Shown here: one piece after another, positions 26,741-40,173 of the stretch
How positions within the stretch are numbered: position 1 is the first letter of the stretch
Layout: each line of letters begins with the position of its first letter
From: Chrysomallon squamiferum
Taxonomy: Eukaryota > Animalia > Mollusca
Direction of reading: 5' to 3'
Length of the DNA: 64,000 nt
NCBI GenBank assembly: GCA_012295275.1
Contig: CM022675.1
Coordinates: 5,022,001-5,086,000, forward strand
The notes under the pieces: generated by a model
Database searches by the model: none
What the model was told of the DNA's origin: nothing
The model's input: the letters and a program-made list of their open reading frames with translations, nothing else
Translations under genes and position numbers: made by a program

Positions 26741-26741
<1 letters not shown>

Positions 26742-27460
26742 AATTATGAAAAATTTATTAACATTAAACTTATTTTAAAATTCGTTCAGTCTTAGCCTGT
26801 TTTCTGCTCAATTTTTTTTATTACTAATACTTTAGTAAACTTTAAATGAAATGAAGTAAACTGAAACTATTTTTATAAATTACTTTGTTGTTTTTTAACT
26901 CTTTAGTGTAAACATTAAATATGAAATAAAAGCAATTTTTAAAACAATTTTGTTATTTCTTTTTTCTATTTTCTGTAAACAGTTAATTGTTATATGAAAT
27001 AAAATGATTTCTGAAATTATTGCTTGTTTTACTATTTTTCTATTAAATGAAATAAATATGGTTTTTGAAATTAGTGTGTTTGTTGGTTGTTTTTAATACT
27101 ATAAACAATTATTAAATGAAGTAATTTTAAAAACTAAAATTTACCACTTTCTCTAACCATTAATTGAAATAAAACTGATTTTAAAACAACAATGTGCTTT
27201 TTTCTTTACGAATAATTTATTACTAACATTACTAACATTTATATATATATATGATGGGGGGAGGGTTAATTCTCTAGAGACAGGGAAGTGATGGGAGATC
27301 AAAGTAAAACAGTAGATAAGTGCTGGTGTAATGTTTTTTAAAAATAAAAATTGGATTTGTGCAACATGGCTATTTTCAGTGACTTGTTTATGTAGATATG
27401 ATTCTTGGTGACTGTATATCTGTGTGTGTGGATGTGTGTGTGTTTTTTCTTTCTTTTTTT

Positions 27461-27500
<40 letters not shown>

Positions 27501-27871
27501 TTTGAAAGGAATGGAAACAGAAGAATGGCTAAAGAGTGTGGTGAAGGAAGGATAGGAATAAATAGAAGGCATTAAGAAACAAAAGAAAGGGTACGTGACA
27601 TACACTTACTTATAACTGATGTATTTAACTGTTACAACACTGTAATTAAATTTGATATTTCTCTTAAATTTCATTATTATAATTCTTGTTGTTGAGAAGG
27701 AAGCTATTTTGAAATATTAACTATAAGATTGTAAAGTTTACATTCTGTACAAGAATATGTCTAAGAAAATAAGCAGATGAAGACAGTGGTTCAGTATCTT
27801 TTCTAACCGTCCTCGCTTTCCTCTAATTCAGTACACAGACTACATGTGTCCCTCTAGTCATCGCTCTAAAC

Positions 27872-28064
27872 CAGGGCTGCGCAAACTTTCAGATCTTACA
27901 GGCCGCTCCGCTTTAACTTCACTGGCCGCACAAATTTCATTTGTGATTACGTAAAATGTGAAAGCGTAACATACATGACTTTACCTAATTTTCTAGCAAT
28001 GAATCTCTGTAACGTAAATGTGACGAGGCGACATCCTTCCCACGGCTCTGTTTGTGCACCCCTG
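27872..28064. mobile_element. hAT (Charlie-like) MITE, 193 bp
   Basis: 15-bp TIRs CAGGGCTGCGCAAAC and GTTTGTGCACCCCTG (13/15 match). Flanking 8-mers ctctaaac and ctttaatc match at 6/8, consistent with a decayed hAT target-site duplication. Confidence 0.72.
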
Positions 28065-28585
28065 CTTTAATCCCTAAAATGAAAAATTAAAATAAAACTA
28101 AGGGCCCGTTCAAATATTACAAACGCTATATTTGCCAGGTGGAAAACGCCGCTTTGAGCCTTCTGTCATTTTGTAAACAATACTCAACCTACCTTATTCG
28201 TCCGCTAAATTCTGCTGTCAACTACTGCAACCAACAGTACCACTGTTACTACCAGTTCTATTGCTAGTATTACTACAACTACTACAACTATTACTACAGC
28301 TGTTGATACTATTACTACTGTTAAAACATTATGATGTCTTCTACTAACTACATTTTAATAATAACAAATACATTATTTTCTGCTTATGTAGATTCTACAT
28401 ATTGTAAATTATTATTATTATTTGTTATTATTTGTTTTTATGACCAACTGGGATAACTAAATCATGTACTCAGTTTTTGTCTACTGTTTTCAATCAGTTT
28501 TACATCTGAATGATTCAAAAGTTAACAACCAAACACTTACTGTTGATGGTTAATTTAGATTTGTATATTATTATATATCATATTA

Positions 28586-28690
<105 letters not shown>

Positions 28691-31178
28691 GCACTGTTTA
28701 TTATAAACTTAGCTCGCTTTGCTGGTACAGGGAAATATGTTCACGAATGAAGAGCTACCAAACATGTGCGCACATACACACAAACACACACACACATTCA
28801 CACACACAAACATGTACACACACACACACACATTCACACACACATACACACAGGGGGATTTGTGGCTTATCTTAAAAAACAAACTAAAAAAACCGCGAGG
28901 TCACCATCTAAGAGTCGACATCCGAATAAACCATAATTTACAATGGAGAAACAACAGCAACGATACTAACAACAACTACAACATAAACTAGTTCTGGATA
29001 AATCGCTAGATCTGATTTCACAAATAAAATATTTAAAACGGAGGATAAACGAAGAAACAAAGGCATATAAATATTAATTAATATTTTTTAGATACTTCAA
29101 TGCCTGTTTGACCATCTGCGTCAAAGCAAGCACGCACAAAAACACGCGCGCTCACAGACACACAGACACACACACGCACACACACAGAAATATGTATGTA
29201 CCAGAGCTGTAACGATTACTACGATACAGAATCGTATTGTGATACAAAGGCCCCGATACGATATGACATTTTAATAGTTTTGGGTATAAAGTTGATGAAG
29301 ATATTTACGAACATGAAAACGTAACATCCACGTTTCGCCGCTGTAATTCCCGAACATTCAGGTTGCTATTAACAGTCCTCGAGGTTGCTGTCGTCACGTA
29401 ACCTGAACACATCATCACATGACATGGAGGACATGCGCACATTTATTTATTTTTAATATTTTAATGAAATTTACTTTTCAGAAAGCTTAATATGTTCCAT
29501 TATTCACGAAATCGGTTGATTTATTTTCTCAAAATAATCTAACCTATATCTATATATATTATAAAAGTCCCATAGGACTCTTTTTTCTTTCTACAGTTTA
29601 AAATGCGGCGGCTCTCTCAGTTTTGCCTTCAGTGAATTAAATATTTATGTATTTATTTATTTATTATTAATTTATGATTAATTGTTGTTGCTGTTGTTGT
29701 TGTTGTTATTATTACTATTATTATTTTATTTTATTTATTTATTTTTCTTTATTTTATTCTTCTTTTTTCTTTATATATATGCATATGTGTGTATGTGTAT
29801 GTTTGTTAATTGAAAGAAGTACAAGATCTTGTAATAGAAACAAATCAGACTTCATATTGGATGTTAATGATTCGCTGTTTGATTGTACCGAGCATTCAGT
29901 TATGTGTGTTCTATTTTTTATTATTTACTTATTTGTGTGTGTGTGTGTGTGCGCGTGCCCATGTATTTGTATATTGCATCGATTAGTTTTCATTTTACGT
30001 TTAAAATTAAAATAATTTAACAATATAAAAAAACACGGATATTTTGTTTTTATTTAACTTTATTTTTTCTCTTTTCTTTTTTTTTTTTCTTATTTTTCTT
30101 AGTAGTATTTTAAGAACGTATAAGGGGTTTTAACAAATATTCGGTACGTGCTTTCTCTCCTTAACTTTCAAATCTGGCTACGCCTCTGATTGGTGCTGAG
30201 GATATAAAATAGACTTAATTTTACAATGTACATGTTCATAACTTGACAAACCGTATATACGTTTTACTAAGGCAAATACTGATTACACTATTTCCAAGAT
30301 ACATAATTATATGCCAGTCCTGAACTAGAATTATTTCGTGAAAACAACGAATGATGCTGCCCTATTGAAATAATAATGTAAGAACACATTTTTATTATTA
30401 TTTGGTTTTTTTATACGCCTTAACTTCAACAAATAAAATGAAACAAATAAAAGACCGGAAGCACACTTTCAATCGTTTGGGTTGTCAGATATTGTGCAAA
30501 ATAAACTGACGTCGAAATATTAAAATTCTCTGATTGTCGGTCCAGGGAAGTAACTCTGACTAATAACAAGATAGGAAGATGTCTGAACAAGTTTGTAACT
30601 TGAAAAATAATAAGAGAAACCAAAAATAATTGTCTTTGGATGGAAAGTGAAATGTTGAGGCCAACTTGTGCATGGTATAGTATCTAAGTTTATATATTTT
30701 ATCCACTCATAACTCATATTTTATTCTCGTTAACTGAATTCTTAGCAGAGATACTGGACATTACCGATATCGAAACAATTTGTTATTATGTCTAGTATAA
30801 ATATAAAGATTTAAACTCAGTAAAAACTTAGATTGTTTACAATATTATCATATAGGGACATAGAAAATAATATAACATATCGATTCGGTCTATATTATGA
30901 AAGGTGGTAGTAAATTTATTTGGAAGAAAAATAAAATATATAAATTCAACAACTTATGTTTAATATTACAATTATTTTGTATTTGACTATTGACCCTCAA
31001 AAGTGTTTACACTGTTGTTGTTTCTTCAATTGACTGTCATTAGCCGTTTAATATAGCTGTTCTTGTTCTTGTTGTGGTTGTTGTCAAACATAAAGAAGAA
31101 CGCAGATTACCTGATCAATATTTCAGTAACAATTTTTAAAATAATTTTTAGTTATTATTATAATTCATTCATTGTCAG

Positions 31179-31242
<64 letters not shown>

Positions 31243-32694
31243 TAAATTTGGTGTATTGATAATAATCATCATCATCATCATTTAATTTTTAATTTTTAAT
31301 TTTTTTCATTTGGTTTCTGTAATTTGTATTATTTCTTCATTTTGTTGCTATTTCAGTAATATTTTATTTTATGACATTTTAGTATTTTTCTTTTTTCTGT
31401 AAGTAATTCATTTAATTTATTTGCATTATGTATTTTAAATATATATATATACCTGAGTGTGTGTGTGTATGTATGTGTGGATATATACATATACTATCTT
31501 AATTCTTCTGTCTTCTTGTTTCTTCTTATTCCTGTGTTTATTCATATTTCTTCATATTATTTGTTTTTATTTTTGTGTTATCATTAAAGCTATTTTATTG
31601 TTTATTATTTTAACCTATTTATTATTTACCATGATTATTGTTTCTTGTTATTTTTCTTCATTACAGTTTACTCAAAATCTTTTTCTTCTTGTCTGTTCCT
31701 CTTGTCTGTATTTAATTTCAGTTATTTTATTGATAAGGAAGATTTTTATAATATACCATTTATTTATTATTTGTTAGTCTCCCAATTTCTGTTCATAGTT
31801 CTTATTCTTCTTTCTTTTCCTTTTTCATATTTTAAATTCTTAATTTTTATTTTAATGATTTTTATTATTTATTTATTATATTTTGTGTTTTGTATTTTTT
31901 ATTTTTTTTGAAGCTACTGACCATTTGTTATCTTGTTATTTTTCTTCTTCATTCTTTTTGTTTCTTATTCTTCATTTCCTAGTTTCTGTGTTTTCTTTTA
32001 TGTTACCATTATTTGTTATTTATTATTTTTGTCCTGTCATGTCACTTAAAATACACTATTATTTCTTTTAGTTCTTCAGTCTCTTTCTTTTATAGTTTTA
32101 ATTTCTTTTGTTTTTTTGAATTTTGTTCTTCTGCTCATTTTATTTAAAGAATTATACTTTTTTTTTATTATTATTATAATTTTAATATAATGTTTGCTTA
32201 TTTATTTATGTATTAATATTTTCAATCTCTTAACTGCATCACCCATCTTCCTGGTTATTTTCCTACATTCTAATAATTCAAATTCTTTTATTTTATTAAT
32301 TATTTATTTATTATTATTATTATTATTATTTTTTTTTTTTACCAGCTTGTTACAATTCATTTTTATATTACATTTCTTCTTCATGTTTCTTCTTATTCAG
32401 TTGTGATAAGAATTTTTTTGTTTGTTTTGATTTATAAAAATGCTCTTAAAACAAGTTTTAGTAGACAGTTGATTATTTTTATTTTATTTCTAACTTCTGT
32501 CTATCTAATGTATGTATGTATGTATCTATCATTTATTTATTTATTTATTTATTTTATTATTGTTTTTAATTTATTTAAAATATAAACATACTGAATTACA
32601 TAATATTCACATTAATTATTATCAAACTTTTCATTATTTTATTTTAAATTACAACCTACTGAATAATTTAGTGTTCTGTATTTTCATTATTTTT

Positions 32695-32811
32695 TTAAAT
32701 TTGTCAGGAAACAGTTTTGGAATCCAGGCTTTCCGAGCTGTGTGTTTGGCAATGTGTTCTAACACAACAGTGATCTTCCTTAGCCTCACCACCAACAAAA
32801 CAGACAGTGCT
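32695..32811 (+). pseudogene. Exon remnant encoding ribonuclease-inhibitor-type leucine-rich repeats
   Basis: LNLSGNSFGIQAFRAVCLAMCSNTTVIFLSLTTNKTDSA fits LxLxxNx.../NxTLxxLxLxxN and ends at a GTGAGT donor (32812); GC-richer island in AT-rich flanks. Confidence 0.6.
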
Positions 32812-32839
32812 GTGAGTAATCTTAATTATAATTGTTTTA

Positions 32840-32855
32840 TAATAATAATAATAAT

Positions 32856-32922
<67 letters not shown>

Positions 32923-33055
32923 GTAATAGTAACAACAACAATAACAATAATAATGACAATAATAATAGTAGTAGTAGTAGTAGTAGTAGTAATACTAGTA
33001 ATAATGATAATAGTAATAATAATGATAGTAATAATAGTAATACAATAATAATAGT
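32840..33055. repeat. Compound (AAT)/(AGT)/(AAC) microsatellite
   Basis: Trinucleotide runs read directly. Confidence 0.93.
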
Positions 33056-34320
33056 AAAACCAGTTTAAAGGATTCCATATTCATAATATAATGCTTATGC
33101 TGATAACAAGAAATAATTTTTATATTTATATATGTATAACTGTCAAAAAAAATTCTTATATTCTTTTCTTCTTATTATTATTATAATTAGTAGGAGTATT
33201 GTCATTATTATTGTTATTCTTATTATTATTAATATTATTATTGTCATTGTTATTGTTATTGTTACTATTTTTATTATTATTAGTAGTTAGTATTTGTAAT
33301 TATCCAGCAGTATCTGTTATCTACTAATATTGCTACTTCTGGTATTATCACTGTTACTGCTGTTATTCTGCTACTGAAAAAAAATAGTTACAAAATGGTG
33401 ACTTTCAACACACTAAAGCTATTAGCAATAACTATTATATTATATATCTATTTACCTCTGTGTCTGTCACTGCTATTTCTAATGTTGCTACTTTATCTTA
33501 TTTACTACCTCTATGTATTGTATCTACTTGTATTATACTACCTAAGCTAATTCTACCACAGTTATCACTATTACTGTTACTGCTGTGATTACCACTATTA
33601 CTGCTACTAGTACTGTTATTACTAATACTACTATTACTACTACTAGTACTGTTATTACTAATACTTTAGATATAAGATACAACAACAGCAACAATAAGAA
33701 TATAACAAGAACAAACAAAAAATATACGAATGCAGACAAACCGATATAAACATGCTTGCTGTTGTATTCTTTGTTCTTGATATGAAAATTAAAGACCATG
33801 TTAACTGTAAAAGGAGATATATTTTGATTGGGTGTCTATTTATTTATTTATTAAAAAATAATAATCAATGATGCTGTATGTGAATATTTATAATAATAAT
33901 AATATAAGTAATTTTCTCTTGGGACTGTATCCTGTTTACTCTCATGTAATTCAAGTATTTTGTTTTAATGAAACATCTCATTATTATTTCAACAAAGAGG
34001 GAAACGCCTTTATCAATTATTATTATTATTATTATATGATTATTATATCATCAGTGACAGACTCTAACACTTGATAGTCCCTTAAAAAGTATTAAACTTA
34101 CCAGTTTCTACTTATTTCAGCCAAACATCAACAAGTCTGTTTTGAGATGTACTGAAATTTGTAATATCAATAGCTAAAAATTGTTTATGCTGCTTGTATT
34201 AACCTGAATATATATATTAACAGTCCACTGTAGATGTAAATTGTCATTACCTACATGTTGCGTTAAACAATGAGGTAAAAAAACAAGTACTCGTATGTTA
34301 AAAACTGGCAATCTCTCATT

Positions 34321-34362
<42 letters not shown>

Positions 34363-34577
34363 ATATTTTATATTTTATACACTTTACTTAATTAAAATAT
34401 ATAATGACAGTATTGTATAAAATTCCCCACATGTAACATGCGATTCAGTATCTTACTATTTCATGTGTTATATTACAGAAATAGAATATCATAAATGTCA
34501 GTAACTTGCTGATAACGAAACATCGTATAATTTTCCTTGTATATTTCTGATGTATTGTTTACATCATGAATACATGA

Positions 34578-34626
<49 letters not shown>

Positions 34627-35472
34627 TTAACTGTATACAGTGGACTCTGAGAAAACCAGTCTTCGACTAATACAGATTTCTGAATAACCTGCACCCTTTC
34701 AAAGTTTCATCCAGCTACCAGTAACCTACTATCATAGTGGGGAAAAACACCTCGCTTGGACCAGCCATAAGCAGATTAAAATAAAATATATTTAATGAAT
34801 GAATGAATGAAAAAAATTAACTTGCTAATCAGAGCGAGCTGTTGTGAAGCACGTCTACGATAGGCACGCTTTCTGACAGGTCAGCAGGAGTGTCCATCAC
34901 AGAAAAGAGTTTTGGGTAAGGAAAGAGAGTGGATAGAGAGTGGATAGAGAGTGGGTTCTCATTACAATTGCAGGACTAAAGGGAGTGTCCAGCATATTGG
35001 ATCGTAACGAGTCGGTTCCGATGTTTCGTAGACGTTATCCGCTCCTTGTTGTTTCTGGCACTTGTCTCGTATTCGTCACCGGGTCTGTTTTGGTTGCCTC
35101 CTGTTTGTTTGTTCTGTTCTCGGCTGCTGTTGATGTTTCCTTGTTCTTTTTGACTGCATCCCTCTGGTCCAACAATTCCAAACTTATTATTTTTTGTTTT
35201 GCCATTGATATTTTTATTGATTTAAAAGATGCTGTAAACACCTGTAACTAAAAAGAATAAGAACATGAATGTAGTTAACTTATTTACATTTTATTTTATT
35301 TATTTATTTATTTATTTTTATTGTAATTTAAAAGATGTTATAAATACCTGCACCTAAGAATAAGAACATGAACGTGTAATAAGATTATGTGCATAATAAT
35401 AAAAACAAAAAAATAAAAAAAACATAACCGGGTTAGTATGGTCTGAATGTAAGTATGTAAAGTATGTATATA

Positions 35473-38400
35473 TTTTTTTTTAATTATTAATTGAATTGGC
35501 TATTCAAACTGATCCGTCAGTCAGCTGATCCATACATGGATCAATCAGCTGTTGAACCGATCAATCTGTAAGTCAATAAATTGTTGTTTGTTTTTGATCA
35601 AAAAAGAAGAAAAAGTTTGTGTTTTGTGTTCAGAATGTGTGTTGCTACTGCAGCGAGGACTAACTCTCTGTCTTTCGTGTTTGGTGTCAAGATGTTTTGG
35701 AGCGTGAACTCAATTTTTAGTTCCTCCAGTGTATTGCTTGTCTTTCCTTGGCAAAATTTTGACAGTGAAACAAGTAGTGTTTCATGGATTCTGAGAGTCC
35801 ACAACTGCAGTTGGGTGATGTGGTGTTTTGATATTTGTATCGGATTGCATTTAAGTTTGTCGAGTAACCAATTCTGGCTATGGTGAGATTGTTGTTGTGT
35901 AGTTTGATGTTCAAGTGCCTTTTGTTTTTGGTGTTGTTCCATTCGTTTTGCCACTGTTTGTCTTAATATTTGGCTTTGATGGAGAGAATTTAATTTATTC
36001 CTGAAGTGTATGTCTGTGCAGACGTCTTCATCATTGATGCTGAGTGACGCTTTGGTGTAGTGGTTGGCAAGTTTGTTGCCAATGATGCCAACATGTTTGC
36101 TCCCCAACTGGTTCTGGAAATTAGCTTTAGAAGATTGATAATTTTTTGGCAGGATGCTATTATATTGTGTATATGGTATCCAAAGTTGAATGTTTTGGTT
36201 TGTGTTATGACGTTGTCGGTGTTTAGTGTGAATTTTTTGTTATCTGTTTTTTTGTTGAAAAGGAGGCATGTCGTTTTGGAAAGAGAAATCTTTATGCCCC
36301 ATTTCAACGCCCAGTCATTTATGTTGTTTAGGTGTTTTTGTATTTGTTTCTGCCTGCACGCCAAAAAGTGCAGTCATCTGCAAAGAGTGCTGTGTTTATT
36401 GGTTTGGTTGGTGGATTTTTGGTGTTGTCTTGTTTGTTGAGTGCTGTGATGATGTCGTTGATGTAGATGTTGCAGAGTGTGGGCGAGATCACGGATCCTT
36501 GTGGGATGCCGTTTTCGATTGTCATTTTCTCTGAGGTGTGACTGTTTACTTTGACTGCTATGGATCTGTTGTTGATGAAGTCTTTGATAAACTTGAACAT
36601 GTTGCCTTTGATGTTATTGTTGGTTAATTTGATGAGCAGTTCTTCCCTCCATACCATGTCAAAGGCTTTTTCAATGTCTAGAAATAGTGTGATGACTTTT
36701 TTTGATTTCCTAAAAGATTGGTTGATGGATGTTTGCAGGCAGATGATCTGGTTGTTTGTGCTGTGTTTCTTCCTGAAGCCGCTTTGAAATTTGCTGATTA
36801 AATTGTTGTTGTTTAAATGCTGGTTCAGGCGTGTGTTGATCATTGTTTCCAGTGTTTTGCACATGTGTGACGTCAGCGTGATCGGTCTGTAGCTGTTGGG
36901 TTGTGAGTGATCTTTGTGTGGTTTGGGCAAGCTGAAACATTCGGCGTGTTTCCAGTTTGTTGGAATCTTACCTGGGGTCCAGATTGTGTTGTAAAGATCG
37001 AGTATGATGAGTAATGTTTCATCTGTAGGTGTTGTAGTATTGTGTAGCTTATTTTATCTGGCCCTGTGGCTGTAGTTTTCTTGTTTTTGAGGGCATGTTT
37101 TAATTCGCTGATGTTGAAGAGTTGATTGTATTTCAAGTGTTCTGTGTCTGCGGAATGTTCATCGATTGTTAGGTTGTCCAGTGGTTTCTTTGTGAATTTC
37201 ACTGGGAAGTTTGAGTTGTTGTTGGATCTGGCGAAAGTTTCGCTGAGTTGGTCTGCTTTTTGTTTGTCTGTGAATGCGATGTTGTTTTTGCAGAGAGTTT
37301 TGATTCTGTTTTTTTTTTTTGCCTCAGATGTTTTTCACTTTGGCCCACATGTCACTGACTGATGTTTTGAGGTTGATGTTGTTGCAAAAGAGTTCCCAGT
37401 GTTCTTGTTTTGCACTGAGAATTAGGTTGGAAACCTCTTTTTTTGCTATTTTGTATTTTTCGTCTGTGGAATGATTTCTGTCTTTTTTGTATTGTCTTCT
37501 GAATTTGTTTATTTCTTTGCATTTCTTTTCTCTGTGTTCCACTCACCAGGCAGCGGTTATTTTGCTGGTGCATTGTCTGGTTTTGGGTATGAATCTGTTG
37601 GCAGTGGAGTGTATCGTGTTGGTGAGCGATGTGCAGTAGGTGTCAATGTCGTTGGGGTTCTTTGTGATGATGTTTCTGCATGCTTTGTAGAAGCCTTCCC
37701 AGCCTGCTTTCTTGAAGTTCCATTTGGATGTGAAATTGGATCTGTCCGAGAAAGTGTTCTTGCTGTTGTAGTATTTGGTGATGGTAGCAGTTGCCATTCG
37801 CAGAGCACTGTGATGTCCTTACTTTGTGAATGTTAGATCAATGGGGGATTGGCCACCAGTGATGTTGCTGGTGTATGTGAATGTTCCGTCGTTCAGAGAG
37901 ACCAGCTGGTTTTGCTCTAGGAAATCTTCGAGGACGATTCCAGGGCTGTCGTCTGTCGAGCCACCCCATAGGGTGTTGTGACAGTTGATATCGCCCACTA
38001 TAATTACCTTGTTCTTTGTTGTTATCATTTTGTTTAAGTCGTGGGTTTGGATGTAGTGTGGGAGTGGGTGTCGATGTTTAGATTGTTGTTGTGTACTGTG
38101 CTGCTTAATATTTCTATGTTGGCGTGAACTTTGGCTTGGTTCAGCTTGGTGTGTGGAATGTCTTGTTTGACGAGAGTCATGATGCCTCCCCGGGTGCTGT
38201 TGTATCTGTTGACGTAATGACTTTGGTACCCGGGGACCTTAAAGGTTTTTGTTGTTTTGTTGTTTTTGTTGTAGTGTCCTAGCCATGTTTCTTGTCTGGC
38301 ATGTTTTGAGTGGAGGCCAGGAAGTGTACGAGTTTGTCTCCATGGTCTGCAGAGTGGAGGCCTTTAGCTGAAGAGTGGAGAGGTCTGTTATTGTGTGCTT

Positions 38401-38875
38401 GTTGTGAAGAGTGGAGAGGTCTGTGTTATTGTGTGCTTGTTGTGAAGAGTGGAGAGTCTGTGTTATTGTGTTCTTGTTGTGAAGAGTGGAGAGGTCTGTG
38501 TTATTGTGTGCTTGTTGTGAAGAGTGTGTAAATGGTTGGTACTGTTTGGTGTTTCTTTTGTTCACTGTTATTTTGTGTTTGTGGGATTTCTCTTGTCTGT
38601 GTGTAATTTAAGTCTTTGTTGTCTGTGGAGATCTTGAAACCCAAGCTGTCTTCGATTATTTGAGCTACTGTGTGCTCCAAATTGGAGTCGTCAGTTATGT
38701 TTCCTTGGTTGTTTCTGATGTTTTGCAGTTCGATGAGGAGGCAGACAATAATGTTGTGTATTTCTGCAATTCTGACCTCCTTGTCTAGGTTGTCTTTTGG
38801 TTTGTTGTTGTGGTGGTCAATTTTTTTTATCAGTCATAGTTTTAGGTTTTTTTCAGTTTCTGGCATTTTTTGTTC
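35473..38875 (-). mobile_element. Decayed non-LTR retrotransposon (I/Nimb-like LINE) with endonuclease, RT, partial RNase H and CCHC domains
   Basis: APE endonuclease (IIVGDINCHNTLWG..LNDGTFTY..SPIDLT, 37819-38028); RT (SYRPITLTSHMCKTLE..QSGFRK..FLDIEKAFD..GIPQGSVISP..LFADD, 36328-36930); RNase H tail HVGIIGNKLAN; CSCGLSESMKHYLFHC; poly(A) at 35473-35481. Many frameshifts. Confidence 0.93.
38350..38528. repeat. ~38-bp tandem repeat (4-5 units) within the LINE
   Basis: gaagagtggagaggtctgtgttattgtgtgcttgttgt repeated. Confidence 0.88.
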
Positions 38876-39467
38876 ACATTGTGTAAAATTTAGATGCATT
38901 TTTAAAAGTAATTACAGTAATATTATTGCATTTTAACATGGATAATACTCTTTAAGAAAAGAAAAGAAAAAAACTGTGATGTGCTTAACAATTCTGAATA
39001 GCAAACTATAACTTTCTTCATACATGTATCTTGATTTTTCAGTGTTAAGTATTTTAAATATTTAGTGGTAAAATGTTAAAAAGATGCTGTGATGTGAATC
39101 TGTTTATGTATACAAATATGTGTGTATGTGTATGCATGTATGTATATATATATGTGTGTATGTGTGTATGTGTATGTTTGTTAATTGAAAGAAGTACAAG
39201 ACTTTGATCTTTTACCATGATCTTCTGCAATACACAAACTCCTGCTAAAGCTTGGAGCACACACAGAAGGGTGTTGCAGGACTAACTGAAGGCGCACAAA
39301 TGGCGGTTCCACAGAAGCCAAAGGTTTCAAAAGTTATACAACTGAGATTTTACATTTAAATACAGCGATGCTGAGAAATTTATAGAAATGTTTTATGGTC
39401 AGAATTTAATTTAATATATTTATTTACTTATTTATTTATTTTATTTTATGTTATTGTTATATGTGTG

Positions 39468-39515
<48 letters not shown>

Positions 39516-39611
39516 CTGAAAGAAACAAGGCACTAGCTAATAGAAACAAATCAGACGTCACATTGGATGTTAATGATTCGGTGTGTTTGATTGTATTGAG
39601 CATTCAGTTAT

Positions 39612-39660
<49 letters not shown>

Positions 39661-39699
39661 TGTTAGTGTGCACATGCCCATGTAAGTGTACTATGATTT

Positions 39700-40124
39700 A
39701 CTACTCAGATAATAGTGTGAGTGTGTGTCTGTGTGTGTGTGTGTGTGTACCAGCAATACAGATAATTCCTACTACTCTGATAATAGTGTGTGTGTGAGTT
39801 TGTGTGTATCAGCAACACTGATAATTGCCACTACTCAGATAATAGTGTGTATGAGTGTGTGTGTGTGTGTATGTTTGAGAGTGCATGTGAGTGTTCGTGT
39901 ATCAGCAATAGAGATAATTGCTACTACTCAGATAAATGTCTGTGTTTGTGTGTGTGAGTTTATCAGTAATAGTGAAAACTGCTACTCAGATAATAGTGTG
40001 TGTGCGTGTGTATGTGTGAGTGGTGTGTGTATATCAGCAACAGTGATAATCGCTACTACTCAGATAATATAGTGTGTGTGTGTGTGCGTCAGCAACAGTG
40101 ATTATTGCTACTACTCAGATAATA

Positions 40125-40130
<6 letters not shown>
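39700..40130. repeat. Compound minisatellite: ~38-bp core separated by variable (GT)n tracts, 7 units
   Basis: Core atcagcaacagtgataattgctactactcagataatagt at about 39700 (partial), 39751, 39808, 39901, 39962, 40033 and 40089. Confidence 0.85.

Positions 40131-40173
<43 letters not shown>

Noticed and set aside
31457-32585. Hydrophobic Phe/Leu/Ile-rich ORFs resembling membrane or mitochondrial proteins
   Set aside because: T-rich low-complexity DNA with no recognisable motif; no support for a NUMT.
34690-35251. Possible SINE tail with (ATGA)n and an adjacent LINE 5'/ORF1 fragment
   Set aside because: Suggestive composition only; no diagnostic A/B boxes or protein motif identified.
39700-40130. 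CRISPR-like repeat-spacer array
   Set aside because: Spacers are GT microsatellite of irregular length and the repeats are degenerate.
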